Below are positions 46,095 to 47,370 of a stretch of 47,370 nucleotides of DNA, one piece after another. Made by a program: the position numbers and the translations under genes. Source of the stretch: a virus. Its lineage: Duplodnaviria > Caudoviricetes. Position 1 is the stretch's first letter; each line of letters opens with the position of its first letter. The notes under the pieces are model-generated. The model saw only the letters and a program-made list of their open reading frames with translations. It had not been told where the DNA came from and did no database searches. Location of the stretch: positions 1 to 47,370 of IMG/VR virus record IMGVR_UViG_3300025645_000009, one strand, 5' to 3'.

Positions 46095-46139
46095 TTGACA
46101 GCGTTGCTTTCTCGCGTGTAGTGTTGTGATTATCGCAAC
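46095..46139 (+). promoter_or_regulatory. Promoter TTGACA-18-TAGTGT with operator 46123-46139
   Basis: gttgtgattatcgcaac overlaps the -10 element. Confidence 0.75.
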
Positions 46140-46156
46140 AGATTAGGACTTGACCC

Positions 46157-46291
46157 ATGACGAACAAATCAAAGAACAGCGGCAATATCCGCGCCGCGCT
46201 TGCAGATCTCGCAGTTTGCGTTTGCCTCTTCGCAGTGCCAGTGACGCTTTATTACATCGCTCTTGGCGCTGATGCGCTGGGGGTGAAGTGA
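46157..46291 (+). CDS. 44-aa single-TM protein (not in the ORF track)
   Basis: AGGA RBS; MTNKSKNSGNIRAALADLAVCVCLFAVPVTLYYIALGADALGVK. Confidence 0.6.
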   Translation: MTNKSKNSGNIRAALADLAVCVCLFAVPVTLYYIALGADALGVK

Positions 46292-46716
46292 TGACGATGA
46301 TGACCGCCTATCACACCGTCACCACGCCGACCGTCATGCCGCCTAAGAAGCCTATCACTGCGCCACTTCGCAAGGCCGCGCTTCAGGAGCTCATGGGTAT
46401 GGGTCACACGCCAGCTCAGGCAATGGCGATCCTTGAGCGCAAAGACGGCCACCGCAAGGCCATGCCGCCCCTGGTGCAGAGCAACGAGCCCGTTCCGAAT
46501 AACAAGCGCCACACCCGCATTGTGGGAAAATACAATCCCGAGATCATGCAGGTTATGAGCGCGAAATTGGTCACTGCGAGCGACGTTGCTGGCGAGATCG
46601 GAACCGAGAGGCCGCAGGTTTTTGCCGACATGATGGCTATGGCGACCGATGGCCTTCTCGATCGCAAGCGCAGCGGCTCCAACGTCGCTTATCAGTTTCG
46701 CAAATCGGGGGCTTGA
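46288..46716 (+). CDS. Protein with C-terminal winged-helix-like domain
   Basis: TASDVAGEIG....V...M..MATDGLLDR. Confidence 0.65.
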   Translation: MMTMMTAYHTVTTPTVMPPKKPITAPLRKAALQELMGMGHTPAQAMAILERKDGHRKAMPPLVQSNEPVPNNKRHTRIVGKYNPEIMQVMSAKLVTASDVAGEIGTERPQVFADMMAMATDGLLDRKRSGSNVAYQFRKSGA

Positions 46717-46718
46717 TC

Positions 46719-47370
46719 ATGCCGACATCATGCCCCGTTGAGATCAGAGGCGTTTATTATCCGACAGTTACAGCCGCAGCGAAGGCTCTGGGAGTGACGA
46801 CAGGGGCAATTTCCAGCGCGCTCGATCGTGGCACTATTGACAATGTTGGGCTGGGCAAATCCGCCGCCAAGCCGATTGAGGTTGATGGGGTCACATACCC
46901 ATCTATCATCGCCGCGGCTCGAGCTCTGGGGATGACGCGAGATGCGCTGCGATGGAGTATCTCGCAGAAATGCAATAGTGATAGGCCCATTCGCAAGAAC
47001 CAGCCGGTGACGATCAGAGGCGTTGAATATCCGAATTTTGCCGCCGCCGCCGAAGCCTTGGAAGTTACCGAGCATTCGATCACTTGGGGCATCAGGTTTG
47101 GCAGGATCGACCGGATCGGGATGAGGCGCGAGAAACCCGTCACCATTCGCGGCACAACCTACCCCTCGCAAACCGCAGCCGCCGAAGCCCTTGGCGTGTC
47201 AAAAGGCACGGTCTCGATCTCTATCCAACGCGGGAAGGCCGACGGCATTGGCAGCGGAGGCACCGCTGCAAAACCCATCACCATCAGAGGCGTCACCTAC
47301 CCGTCGCAGAAAGCAGCAGCCGAAGCGTTGGGCGTGTCCATCCACAGCATCGCCAGAGCTGTCCAGAGGG
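46719..47370 (+). CDS. 5' part of the 315-aa seven-repeat HTH protein (continues to 388)
   Basis: ATG 46719 after GGGGG; no stop before the contig end; manual translation. Confidence 0.88.
   Translation, partial: MPTSCPVEIRGVYYPTVTAAAKALGVTTGAISSALDRGTIDNVGLGKSAAKPIEVDGVTYPSIIAAARALGMTRDALRWSISQKCNSDRPIRKNQPVTIRGVEYPNFAAAAEALEVTEHSITWGIRFGRIDRIGMRREKPVTIRGTTYPSQTAAAEALGVSKGTVSISIQRGKADGIGSGGTAAKPITIRGVTYPSQKAAAEALGVSIHSIARAVQR

Larger units (their letters stand above)
1..47370. mobile_element. Complete temperate podovirus genome (BPP-1-like virion module), circularly permuted assembly
   Basis: Integrase, att, repressor, replication, terminase, portal, capsid, tail and lysis genes all present; no host housekeeping genes; the contig ends overlap exactly. 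Confidence 0.93.

Noticed and set aside
47279-47370. Physical direct terminal repeat, or an eighth HTH unit
   Set aside because: The exact 92-bp match lies mid-ORF while all true repeat units differ at DNA level; an assembly overlap is the simplest explanation
46719-47370. Homing endonuclease
   Set aside because: NUMOD1-like modules are present but no HNH, GIY-YIG or LAGLIDADG motif in this or adjacent ORFs

Overview
The window reads as a complete, circularly assembled genome (47,278 bp plus a 92-bp end overlap) of a temperate podovirus with BPP-1/T7-type head-tail genes. The host is probably an alphaproteobacterium (inference from the GC-rich sequence and protein families). Modules: dusA-type att region and tyrosine integrase (0.7-2.7 kb); GH108 endolysin; replication (split primase/SF3 helicase, VRR-NUC, SSB, SF2 helicase); cro/cI switch; RecE/RecT; holin-like cluster; tail fibres; ejection proteins including a 2536-aa polyvalent protein; tail tubes; capsid, portal and terminase; an AT-rich ori-like region; and an early accessory region. 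Most unusual: (1) a 315-aa protein crossing the contig junction, missed by the ORF track, made of seven ~45-aa HTH repeats with a conserved scaffold and a different predicted recognition helix in each; (2) two tandem attP-like units, each with its own dusA 5' replacement, bracketing a 627-bp one-gene cassette; (3) a promoter-defined, operator-overlapped cloverleaf-like small RNA candidate ending in ACCA; (4) a genome-wide 17-bp operator network. All family calls come from motif recognition by eye; no database searches were run.
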